A DNA stretch of 61,485 nt, the filler included, from Globobulimina sp. (lineage: Eukaryota), in NCBI GenBank assembly GCA_003354225.1. It is 24 parts of 24 records of this genome, joined end to end, with 100 filler letters (N's around TTAATTAATTAA, not from the genome) between each part and the next. Parts side by side here need not be neighbours in the genome. Positions count along the whole stretch, not along the records: positions 23,106 to 25,572 come from PIVH01006531.1; positions 25,673 to 28,138 come from PIVH01006532.1; positions 28,239 to 30,704 come from PIVH01006533.1; positions 30,805 to 33,270 come from PIVH01006534.1; positions 33,371 to 35,836 come from PIVH01006535.1; 19 more parts are not named here. One strand, written 5' to 3'. Numbering within the stretch: position 1 is the first letter of the stretch; each line of letters begins with the position of its first letter. Of the stretch, positions 23,391 through 34,581 are shown piece after piece. A model generated the notes under the pieces. That model ran no database searches. It saw only the letters and a list, made by a program, of their open reading frames with translations, and was not told the origin of the DNA. Position numbers and translations under genes: made by a program.

Positions 23391-25572
23391 TCAATCAAGA
23401 ATATTAATTTTTAATTGCCTGTCATATGAGGAATATCTGCTATTGATTCCTTTTGATATATCATTAATTGACGAATGTTTATTATTAAGATGTTTATAAA
23501 AAAAAGCAGCTTTATTTGAGAGTGGTGGCGGACCCCATTTATTCATATTTTCTTGTATAAAATTAATTTTTTCTTTATTATTGCCATTATCAATATTTTT
23601 TATATCGCATTGTAATAAATCAAAAATTGCAAATATCTGTCCGTGCCGATTGGTTTTTTGTATATGATATGGCGCGCCGACCAAACCTTGTTTATTATTA
23701 TCAGTTTGCTCATCAATTACTACCCATTCTCCTTTATTTACTTTGAACATTGTAATAAATATATTTTCCGATAAAATATTATATTTTCCACACAGAAATT
23801 GGCATAATTGTTTGTGTGTTATTTTATCTTGTTTGCTATCGCTATTTTCTTCATTATACATCAGACGAATATGATGATCCGGCGGCCAATACAAAATATC
23901 ATTGTCTTTGTCATTGCCATTATCTATGTCTTTGCTGATTACTTTTGCTAAATGAAGATGCAAAAAACGACAGGTTTTTGCCACTGCTTCAATTTCGTCA
24001 TTTAATATTTCCACACAAATGACAGATCTATTTGAAGTAAAATTTTTTTGTTGAGCTAATTTTCCAGATTTTATCATTGGAAAAGATAATGGAACGCGAT
24101 ATATTTGATCGATCCATGACAATAATAAATATTTATACGATTTAATATCACCGTTTTTGAATTCTTGCATACAATATATCTGTTTGCGTAATTGCTGCAA
24201 ACTGCAATCCCCCGCTATTGATATGGTGCCAATCTCTTGCTCAATGTATGGATTTTTGGCCGCATTCACAAAATTATTGGTATAGCAGCCAGAGTCGCCA
24301 GATAAATCCCAAACTTTTGTTAAATTTCGAGTATCTTTAATAATTGAAATCTTTTTATTTATGGTATCCACTCCAATTTGCAGCCCAATGCGATCGCCAT
24401 GGCGCGGATTGATTGCATTGTTGTTCAATGTCAAGGCATCTCTCCAACACTTATCCTTTGAGTGTATGCTCGTTGTTATGTTGTAACAGACATATTTCTT
24501 ATAATTTAATGGCGACACATTAAATAAGCTCAAAATGCTTTGCTTGACAAATTTTACCGATTTGCATTTATCCACAATTAATGGCAAAAATGAAGGGCTT
24601 GAATTATCCGCATTTATTAAACAAACCATTAAGAAAACCTCACTAAACTTTGGATATCTCCCTCGCTCCAAAATTAATTTGTGTTGTTTGCATTGGAATT
24701 TATATGGAAATGTTATTAAATATCGATCCGATTCATAGACACGAAATGCTCGAATCTCTTGGCCACTGTCAATCGAACATCGATCGCGCGCAATTTCAAA
24801 AAACTTCTCTAATGACGTTCCTTTGGGTATTTTCCAGGTTAATTTTCGACATAAAGCATTTTTTAAATTACTACTTCCGACATCATCCATATTAATGTTC
24901 TTTTTATATTCTTTTTCTTCTTTTTTTTCTTCTTTTTCTTCTTCTTCTTCTTCTTCCTTTTCCTTTTCCTTTGTGTCTAACTGTGTATAATCATCAATAG
25001 AAATAGTACTAAATTTAGTGGATTCATGCCATTGTTGCGAAGCTATGGTATCACGACTCGGCTGGGGCAAATTTAAAGAGTTTTCCACGCATAATATCGG
25101 ATCACCAAAAAAACTGTCATTTTGATAGAAATTATGATGTCGACTCTGATTAATTCTATTTCTGTCCATATTGCGATCCGGATCAGAATTACTTCGATTA
25201 CGTCTCCCTTTATTTGCTCTCCATCTTTTCATTGCATTTATTTTATGATGAAGCAATTTGGCAAATTTTGGTTTTGAATAAAATTCATAGTCATATGGCC
25301 CCCGATGATCACTGTTAAAATATATTATATCGGGCCAATCGCGAGGGGCACTTGTCAGTAATGTAAAAACCGGTGATTTTATATCTGAAATATTTAATTT
25401 CTCTCCAATTTTAAGCCAAATCTCATGTAATGACGCTTCAATGCCTATAATCACAGTGTCGCCAATAATTTGCCTGTCATCTTTAAAGTATTTTATTGCG
25501 AGTTTTATTGTTCGCGAAATCTTTAAATTAAATCCTATGCCATTGATAGCAATACCATTCCATACAAAACAC
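23391..25572 (-). CDS. Large hypothetical protein, possibly tandem ubiquitin-like folds as in USP C-termini, 5'-partial
   Basis: ORF of 687+ aa with recurring Ubl-like segments (SLHEIWLKI, SVKFVKQSI, SLQQLRKQI) and LVGAPYHI near the C-terminus. Confidence 0.45.
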
Positions 25573-25672
25573 NNNNNNNNNNNNNNNNNNNNNNNNNNNN
25601 NNNNNNNNNNNNNNNNTTAATTAATTAANNNNNNNNNNNNNNNNNNNNNNNNNNNNNNNNNNNNNNNNNNNN

Positions 25673-26780
25673 TTTTAGCGGACTGTAGCAATGATTGCGA
25701 AGTCGAGGAATCAATCAACATTTCGACCACGGAGTCTTGCTGGTTCATGAAATCTAATCGTTTCTGTATTATACCGATCAATTCTTCCAACTCGTTCATA
25801 AATACTTTCATTTTATTGTTAGGTCTGGGCGCGGACTCAACTTCCTTTTCTTCTTTGTTTTCCAGGTTACCAATTGGTTGCATTTGCTGTACTAATGGTT
25901 CCTTAATAAGTTGTACTTGATCTGCTACTCTGTTGATATCATTGTAGTCAATCACCATGGAAGAGGCCTGAATGCATTCATTGCGCTCAAAGCCTAAATT
26001 TACTAACTGATCCACCACATCTTTATTGTACACAAATGTGTCACTGATCTGTTCTTGCAATGAATCATTGTCTTTTTTCTCTTCGACGGAATGTGACTCA
26101 ATCGATTGTTGCACAGCTACTGATTCAAATATATGTGTATCCACTATTGATAATTGTAATACTTTTTGCAATTCGGAATTGACATCATCAGCATTCACAT
26201 TGTTGTGAGTGTCCATTGATTTTTGTAATGCTTCCTCAAGCATTTGTGATTCAGTATTTTGAGCATCTTCGGCTACCACAGCAGATTTGGTGGCAATGGC
26301 GGAAACTTCGTTTGTGTCATCCAAATGTGCCCAGTGTATAAGATTCATATTGTTACATTCGTACACAACCTGTCAAATGTTTTCAGAAACGTTTCAGTGT
26401 TCAAGTATATACTGAAAAAGCAAACAAACCTGGACTTGACCTGATTGTTGGTCGATTTGTCTGATTTCTGCCGGTTTCCAACCAGGATGTTGTTGGTATA
26501 TAGGATTAATATCAATGTAATCACCAACTACTAAATCGTTGAATTGGTGAGCAGGTCTTTTCGATATTGATTCTGCATTTGCGAATCGATATAACTCTGT
26601 GGAATAATCACTCCATTCAGCCCATCCATTGCAAAATATCTTTAAGTTTGATGCAGATTTCATTGTGATTTTGACCAACCTGAATTGTCCAGTACTTGTT
26701 CGATAATCAACCATATCGTTTACCTTTAATTGTGATGCTGTATCCGACGACATGTGAGATTTAAATGGTGAATCCGCCAT
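25673..26780 (-). CDS. Tudor/Agenet-like, UIM-like and UBA-like protein, 3'-partial (intron 26370-26429)
   Basis: LKVNDMVDYR...EWSDY and GWKPAEIRQID...GQVQVVY repeats, LEEALQKSM / LQKVLQLSI (UIM-like), VDQLVNLGFERNECIQA (UBA-like). Confidence 0.6.
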
Positions 26781-26830
26781 GTTTATAGATCAAAAACTAT
26801 TATAGTTCAAAAACTTTGCAAACTCTAACA

Positions 26831-28138
26831 ATGGTTGCTTTATTTTTTTATATATACATCAAATACTATATGTATGCCTCGTTATATATATATATAGGAT
26901 GATTTACCAGCTGCTGTTCTAGAATTGCTGTCAATCACAGGCAATGACACTTGCATGGAATGCGATTCAAATGCAGTAGAATGGGCATCCATTAATTTAG
27001 GAGTATTCTTATGCGAATCCTGCGGCGGTAGGCATCGGCAATTAGGTGTCCACATATCACGTATTCAATCATTAGCACATGACACAAAAGTATGGACATT
27101 ACCATCGACAATCCAAGACATGAAAGCCAAAGGAAACATAAACGCAAAATATTATTTCGAATCTCGTGTTCCAATGTACCAAGTCAAGCCACCGAGAGAT
27201 ATCGGACCAGTGGTGGTTGAGGATTGGATTCGAAATAAATATGAAAAACAATTATTTATTGACCCAAATAACGCAAATAATATATATTACCATTCAGCAC
27301 AGAGACAAAGACAGAAACATATACATAATGTGAATGGAACAAACGATGAACGCAAATCTAACTCACCGCATTTAAATTTTGCGCTGCATAAAATGCCATG
27401 TTCGCCAACATATTGTATGACAAAATGGATTGTAGAAAATGATAAAAATGATACTGATAAATATCAAACCAAACAGCAATTCATTGTCTTACACGGCAGA
27501 TTTTTGTCAAGATATGCCAGTCCATCGTCGCATAAATGTGAGCAAATTATTGACATCACCAAATATAAAGTTTACATCGCATTATCCGACCTAAATAGAC
27601 CATGTATTTTGGCGTTGGAGGTTTATAAAAACAAAAAAAATATTGACAGGAATATGCGTTTTGAATTTGCATATTATAAAGATATCAAATATTGGACCGA
27701 ATTAATCCGCAAATCGGCGCTATTTTATGCAGAATTAGGCAGAGAAAGCTGTGCCATGCAAGCGAATGATACGATAAATTCGTTGCTATTATGTTCTGTC
27801 ATTGACATAGGAAATGCAGACATTTATAAACATTTGAAATACGGTTCCATTAAAAAACGGTTCGGTTGGGACAAAAAATGGTTTGTCATCAATCTGCGCA
27901 GGAAAATACTAATTTATTTTCATAAAAATCCTGCAGACATCAAACCAAATAAAAAGAACCCACTCTTCATCGAAGCTCAAGGCGGCTTTTATATGAATGA
28001 GATCATCGCAGACATTGATAACAATGCGTATCGATCAGGCAACGCACATTGTTTATTATTATATCATTTCAACAGAACAATCTTTATCAAATTCGAAGAG
28101 CGCTGGCCGTTGATACAATTTTGGAAAGAGTTGCATTT
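26831..28138 (+). CDS. ArfGAP with dual PH domains (centaurin-alpha/ADAP-like), 3'-partial; probable ATG-only first coding exon (intron 26834-26897)
   Basis: CMECDSNAVEWASINLGVFLCESCGGRHRQLGVHISRIQS (ArfGAP Zn finger) and WIRNKYE. Two PH-like segments: FIVLHGRFLSRY and WDKKWFVI. Confidence 0.9.
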
Positions 28139-28308
28139 NNNNNNNNNNNNNNNNNNNNNNNNNNNNNNNNNNNNNNNNNNNNTTAATTAATTAANNNNNN
28201 NNNNNNNNNNNNNNNNNNNNNNNNNNNNNNNNNNNNNNTTTGCCACAATATCTTCAAAAGAAGAATTAAATATCTGAGCTTCAGATTTAACTGAGGAGGA
28301 ATATATGA

Positions 28309-29634
28309 TTATAATATCGATGTATTGGAGCTATGATTGCTTACTTTCAGTTCATCCACAACAAACACGTTCCAATCTAATACAAATTTATCTTTTGACA
28401 CTATATGTAATGAATTAGCTCCACTTCCATTGCGTGTAACGTATGGAATATCATCACCAAATCTTTTCCTCCAACTCCATTTATCATCACTTTTATTAAT
28501 ATGTATAGCTGTATATTTCCATGATTTCGAATTTCTTCTAAAACTTTTATTGTTATGTGGGAATTTTACTGTTGGTGTCTTACACCCTAAAAATTCACTA
28601 ATTTCATCCCATTCACTACTACCGTTTGTATTTGTGCTTCCAACGACAATTTCCAATAAATCATCAGGTCGATCCCTAAAATAACTCCTAATTCTTTCAT
28701 TGTGCAAATGATATCTTCTCAATGCAAGCAATGCAAACTCTTCATTGGTCAGCCCCTTCCTTGCATATGTTTTACTAAATTTTTGTAAATATCTTAAATA
28801 TGAATTAATGTATGTTTCGTCATCTTTTCTTGTCATTAATATATATTTACTCTGCGGATACAACACATCAAATATTGGCCACATGAAACACCACGGACTG
28901 TCGCCAAAGGACAATGCTTTCTTACTTTCTAGCAAATATTCTTCGAATAAATCAGTCATATTTAATATAGAAAGTACAATAACTTCCAATGGTTGCCATA
29001 AATGAACCGTATCAATAAAATGGAACCAATTTCCTAAATGTATACAGCTGTCGTGACTGCAACGATAACCTAATTTTGTTAACGCAGTTGTCATTGAGGT
29101 TGTGCCTGTTTTCATAATTCCTAATACAAATACTCTTTTTTTATGAATGCAATTGTCATTAAATGGTTCGTCCGCCACTTCTAATGCTTGCAACTCTGAT
29201 ATTGCTTTCTCATATTCTTGGCTTATTTTGTCCATTCCAACCAGAAAAGTGAATGGTTTATGATTTTTCACCCGGTTGGGATCAGATGCAGAAGGTTTCC
29301 TTATTATTTTATCACTTCTTTTTCGCCTTTTCCGCTCCGAATGCTTGTATTTATTGTTTGTTTCTAGAATTGGAGATCTTCGAATTGTAGAGTTTTGTTT
29401 GGTTTTTATAATTCGAAAGTTCCTCTTTATCCCAGCAGTCCATGGATTTGGCCTCTTTTTTTTGGTGTTCTCAAACGACACAACAATGGGATGAGCGGAA
29501 TCAATGCCATTATCTGTAGCAGTCATTCCAAACATTGAATTTGCAAATAAAGTGTGTAATGTTACTAGGCTCATTATAAAAGTTAACAATCCAATTCCAA
29601 TAAAAATAGACTTTGATGTCCACAGAGTGCACAT
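28309..29634 (-). CDS. Type II membrane sulfotransferase-family (P-loop) protein
   Basis: N-terminal TM, VFVLGIMKTGTTSMTTALTKLGY (PAPS-binding-like), DSPW, YPQSKYILMTR and WDEISEFLG...FPHNN. Confidence 0.85.
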   Translation of the reverse strand: MCTLWTSKSIFIGIGLLTFIMSLVTLHTLFANSMFGMTATDNGIDSAHPIVVSFENTKKKRPNPWTAGIKRNFRIIKTKQNSTIRRSPILETNNKYKHSERKRRKRSDKIIRKPSASDPNRVKNHKPFTFLVGMDKISQEYEKAISELQALEVADEPFNDNCIHKKRVFVLGIMKTGTTSMTTALTKLGYRCSHDSCIHLGNWFHFIDTVHLWQPLEVIVLSILNMTDLFEEYLLESKKALSFGDSPWCFMWPIFDVLYPQSKYILMTRKDDETYINSYLRYLQKFSKTYARKGLTNEEFALLALRRYHLHNERIRSYFRDRPDDLLEIVVGSTNTNGSSEWDEISEFLGCKTPTVKFPHNNKSFRRNSKSWKYTAIHINKSDDKWSWRKRFGDDIPYVTRNGSGANSLHIVSKDKFVLDWNVFVVDELKVSNHSSNTSIL

Positions 29635-29844
29635 GATTGAACTGTAACACCAGATATTAAAAACTTCACATGACAGCAAAACAATTTTAAAACTAGAGAA
29701 TTAAACCAGTACAACTGTGCAAGGATGTATACAATCGATTTCTCAGTGTTTGAAGAATTCAATTTAAAAAGGCACTGTTCTAAAGTATATTAAAAACAAA
29801 CGCAAAAATAATAAATTATTGACCTATATTTTCAATAATAATTA

Positions 29845-30483
29845 TTATATTAAACATTTGGAGCAATATCCATTTGTTTCTCGACGACCATAAAATCCAC
29901 ATTTTCCTTTACATTTTAATGGTTTTTGTTTTATTGCTTTTCGATGTTCTGCCGGAATTTCATTGAGTGCCTCACGTTCAAACAGTACAACTGATCTGTT
30001 CTGAAAAAATAAATCCAATGCTTTTGGTTCTTTATCTTGATCGAAACTGAGCGCTCTCTTATTTGTTGTATAAGCACAGGAATAATACCACATCATAAAA
30101 TCGATTTTGCCATCCTTTCGCTTAACAGCTGCAAATCTACCAATAGAAATTTGTCCTTTTCCTTTTGCAAATGGAAAAGCCCGCGACAATTCTTTTGATT
30201 CATCAAAATAGGCAACAGCGTCAATCATATCTTTTTCGGTACGTGATTTTATTCCATATCGTTTACATAGTCGAGAAAAATACCCTGGAAATTTCTTGGA
30301 ATCACAACCTTGGCCATGTTTGAATACAATATTTTCGTCAAATTTTACAAATGATGCTTTGTATTTTTCAACTTCTTCTTTTTTCTTCGCGATCGGTTTT
30401 ACCATTTCATACAGTCTGCTTACAACTGTCGCTGCAGCTGCGGCAATACCAGCTGTCACACCTAAAGTTGCGAGCAATGCCAT
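29845..30483 (-). CDS. Hypothetical protein with C-terminal A20-type zinc finger
   Basis: C-terminal CKGKCGFYGRRETNGYCSKC matches zf-A20. Hydrophobic N-terminus. Confidence 0.75.
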   Translation of the reverse strand: MALLATLGVTAGIAAAAATVVSRLYEMVKPIAKKKEEVEKYKASFVKFDENIVFKHGQGCDSKKFPGYFSRLCKRYGIKSRTEKDMIDAVAYFDESKELSRAFPFAKGKGQISIGRFAAVKRKDGKIDFMMWYYSCAYTTNKRALSFDQDKEPKALDLFFQNRSVVLFEREALNEIPAEHRKAIKQKPLKCKGKCGFYGRRETNGYCSKCLI

Positions 30484-31326
30484 GCTAATATCGATCCAAT
30501 ATGAATGCGAAAATAATTATGTTCCCAGAACTGAGGATGGTTGAGAAGAGAAGAGAATATGTTGTTTAGTTTAAACTTTTTTAGTGAAAACATTAAATTC
30601 AACATCAATTTTTCAATTTCATGTTCAAGAGCAATCAACAAACTTCGGAAGGAAAATAGGTTAATAATAAAATGTTAATGGTTCCTGATGAAACACAACC
30701 TTTANNNNNNNNNNNNNNNNNNNNNNNNNNNNNNNNNNNNNNNNNNNNTTAATTAATTAANNNNNNNNNNNNNNNNNNNNNNNNNNNNNNNNNNNNNNNN
30801 NNNNAACGTAAGTTAATTAAATTGTATCAAATGGTAAATATCGTATTACATAAAATGTGCATATATTACATCGTGTGTTGGAAGATTGGCGAATATAATT
30901 GTTATATATCTCCGATCTGTTAAAAAATGTATATCAATATTGTTTTCTATATATTTGTTTTGATAAATATACGTATACAGTTATTTGTTAAATTTGCTGA
31001 TTGAGGAAATGTGTCCAATATTAATATTATAATTGTTCTCTGTGTCCAATATATTGATTTGTGGTGTCCAATAAATGTCATATGCTGTGGTCTCAATATA
31101 TTTTTTATGATTGATTGTACATTTTTTTTATCCATATCGATGCTTTATTGTGTTGTATCGATCATTTTTGTTTTTGTATTCTTAAAAAAATTAGACAACA
31201 TTTTGATAAATAAGACAATATTTTTATGTTTTGTGTCTTATTTCTATGTTCTTGTCTTTTTTCTTTGTTTAATTGTTCTTAAATCTTTATTTTATCTCTC
31301 TGTTTTTTTTTTAACGATCTTAATAA

Positions 31327-32312
31327 TTAGGGGGCGTCCTTAGGAGCAAGTGAAGGTGGCACAGACACAGAAGCATTCAATTTATGTTGATACAAACGAT
31401 TATATGTCTTATTTAACGCACCATGTTTCCAATTACCATCATCATCCAACAAACTTTTATTTTTATCCACAGTGGTTGCAAATAAATCTTTCTTATAATA
31501 AAATCTGTTCACAACCTGTTGCAACAAAGGTGACTGCAGATAAAACTGCGAAAACGTCAAATGTGTATCGGATGTAAGATATCTAAACAATGCATAGATT
31601 CCAATGCCAGATATTATCGCAATAATCGCATTCCGTAAAGCCAACCTTTCCTTTGCATTCATTATATGTTCATTCATAGCATCCAAATAATGATAATCCT
31701 CAAATGCACTCATCGGCCGTTGTTTTACTTTGTGTCTCCATGCTTTTAACGCAGTTTGCCGCTCTTCTTTTTGTTCATCCTGCCACCATTTATATGCATC
31801 CTTTTCTGTTTGGAACTCATTCAAATTTATGCCTTTTTTCTTTGCTTTGCGTAGTATGTTGGTATAGAAATCTTTTTTGATCTCCTTTGGATCGCTATAA
31901 TTCCGTTTCTCCCGCTCTTCGTCGTATAGTTTCCGTTTGCTTTTATTGGACAATATCTCGTATGCTTGCGCTATTAATAAATATTTATTGTTTGCGTGCT
32001 CTTGCTCGTTTTGGTCCAATTTGCCAACCACATCGGGATGGTATTTTTTGGCGGCGGCAAAGTATTTTTTGCGGATTTCTTTGGATTTGGCGTCTTTGGA
32101 AACACCCACTGTTCTTTGATGTTATTATAAAGTATAGATTTGGATGGTAAGAGATGTTATGGCGCCATACAGATTTTGTAATAATCTTTTTTGAGATCAA
32201 TTGTTCGTAGCATCGCTGCTGTGTTTTGGGAGCTGGAGAATCGTTGATACGGTGTGTTGATGCATAATAGGTGTCGAGATTTGGAGAGTAGTTGATATCT
32301 CGAGAGTAGCAT
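31327..32312 (-). CDS. DnaJ-domain membrane protein with probable mitochondrial presequence (intron 32109-32170)
   Basis: MLLSRYQLLSKSRHLL..., spliced DYYKILGVSKDA...KKYHPD...AYEILSN, and one TM segment. Confidence 0.9.
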
Positions 32313-32451
32313 GGTTTGTTTTGTACGATTTTTCAGTTTTGTGTGTATTTACTTAAACTTCACTGCATAAAAAAGACACAAATCTTATTAAGATGCTCTC
32401 AATGAGCTATCATCACTTTATTTATTATGTATGATTGCGAATTTGCGAGAG

Positions 32452-32560
32452 CACCGCCTCCCAAACGCCACCTCCACCGCCTCTCAAACGCCACCTCCAC
32501 CGCCTCCCAAACGCCACCTCCCACGTCGTAAACAATCATTCCCACGTCGTAAACAATCGC
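32452..32560. repeat. Tandem repeats: 3 x 23 bp followed by 2 x ~21 bp
   Basis: CACCGCCTC(C/T)CAAACGCCACCTC x3, then CCACGTCGTAAACAATC x2. Confidence 0.9.
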
Positions 32561-33370
32561 ATTGCCGGCTCAAAAAGAAATCGATCAGACCCTGGCGGTA
32601 AGAATCTCCAGCCACAAACAAAAAAAATGAAGGTAAGTTTTTTTGTTTATATTGCAATTTGTTAAATTTATATTTGCTTTGTAATATACATAGCTTTCCC
32701 CCAATCAGCAAAACCATAACCATAATACCGCCGAACCCGAGGAGGAGGAGAAGGAGGCGCAACAACAACAAAGTAGGACCGGGGAGATCTATGCCGGGGA
32801 GACAAAGGCGAACTGGTACTTATTTTATTCCCCACAAACAATCCGCATATTGTCTATTCAGCGATGGCTCAATTTAAAGCCAGCATTGACTAAAAGACAG
32901 AAACCGCACTGGTTTTTGGACAATGCCTTAGACGGATGTAATATCCCTTTAAGACCGGGGAATAAAACCGAGGTCTTTAAACCAGCGCATTGCACGTCTA
33001 ATATTGATGTGTTTTTTCAATTTCCCGATCCCGTCGTGACGTTAAAAATTTACACGATATGTTATTAAAGGAACAAGATTACGATGCATTTTATTCATAT
33101 TAATTTTTATAAGCATTGCAATCAGTTATGAAATTACTTTACGTTGTTTTTGGATTTCTAATTGAATAAGAAAAAAATATAACATGTTTCGCATTTGCAT
33201 AATAATGAAAAAAGAACAATTTGTATTAGATGTATACAAAAAAAAGAAAAAGAACTGGTGTTGCATATAANNNNNNNNNNNNNNNNNNNNNNNNNNNNNN
33301 NNNNNNNNNNNNNNTTAATTAATTAANNNNNNNNNNNNNNNNNNNNNNNNNNNNNNNNNNNNNNNNNNNN

Positions 33371-33470
33371 GAAATTGAAGCAGATATTGACAATGTACGG
33401 GCTGCCTGGAACTGGGCAGTTGCCCACATCAGACTAAGCAATTTACAGCAGGCTGTAGAAGGCTTGTATA
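33371..33470 (+). other. Bacterial-like coding fragment (ATPase/TPR regulator-type) at contig end; probable chimera
   Basis: Reads EIEADIDNVRAAWNWAVAHIRLSNLQQAVEGL, has higher GC than its flank, and truncates the opposite-strand FAM172-like gene. Confidence 0.5.
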
Positions 33471-34417
33471 ATTTCTCCTTTCTCTCTCAATAAATACGTA
33501 GTTCTTCGTCCGCCTAAATAGAAAATAATAATTATGTAAAATACAAATTGTATACACTGGCAATTACCTGCACTGTGCGCCAAAATCAATAGGTTCTCCA
33601 CAACATTCTTATTCATCTCATTATCTTCCTTATCTTCTTCCTTTTTCTCTTCTTCTTTATTTTGATCATTGTCACATAAATACGGTTTAATATAAGTATC
33701 AAAAACGTAGCAACAATGAATTTCATCCAACACCTTATCGATTTTAATATGTTACATACATATATTTAGGAAAAGGGTCAAAAGACATACATTTTCATGA
33801 TGTTTGCTTAATGTATTTGGGTCAAATAAAACAATTCCATAATTTCTATCCATTGCCCATTCAATAAAAGGAATGGCTGAGCCAATTATAACATTATCAA
33901 ATTTACAAACCGATGTCGCAAATTCCCCCGCATTCACTATGCCTGTTCCAGGAATGACCATTAATATCGTTTTTTTAGTCTGATATTGGTCACTAACATA
34001 AATATTTGCTGTTGCAACTTTTAATTGTTGATTTTGTTGGATTCGAATCGATTTAAAATTATAATAACATTGCTCAGTTAAAACAAAGGCTAAATATTGT
34101 TGCACCAAATATGTTTCTGGGCAGTCATTCGGTGTCGGAAAGTTGCCATCATCTAAACCTATTATCTTACCCCGCCGATTAACAAACCACCCCGCTTTTT
34201 TTAAGTGTTGTTGGCCTTTATTTGGATCAATTTTTATTTTAATCTTTATTCGAACGGAACCAATATGTTCTTCAATATCCCATTTCTTCTTTTTTTTCTT
34301 TTTTTTCTTCTTCTTTTTCCCATGCTTTTCTTCTACTTTTTCATTATCTTCCTCTTCTGCGATGTCTTTTTCGTCCTCGTCTTTGTCAATATCTTTTTGG
34401 TCAGGCTCGGTTGCCAT
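33470..34417 (-). CDS. FAM172A: FAM172/Arb2-domain alpha/beta-hydrolase-like protein, 3 exons, 3'-truncated
   Basis: LMVIPGTGIVNAGEFA...GSAIPFIEWAMDRNYGIVLFDPN and spliced LAHSAGG match the FAM172/Arb2 pattern. Confidence 0.8.
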
Positions 34418-34581
34418 TATGTGACTGTAAAAACTTTTTTCTTTGATATTTAACTATTTGTGCGTTGATTCCTTCGTTGATCAAAACACGTATAACTCAT
34501 ACATAGAAACGTATAATATACACATGTACAAGTCAATGAAATGAAAATGAATTCTCAAACACAATAACATCAAGTTATGAT

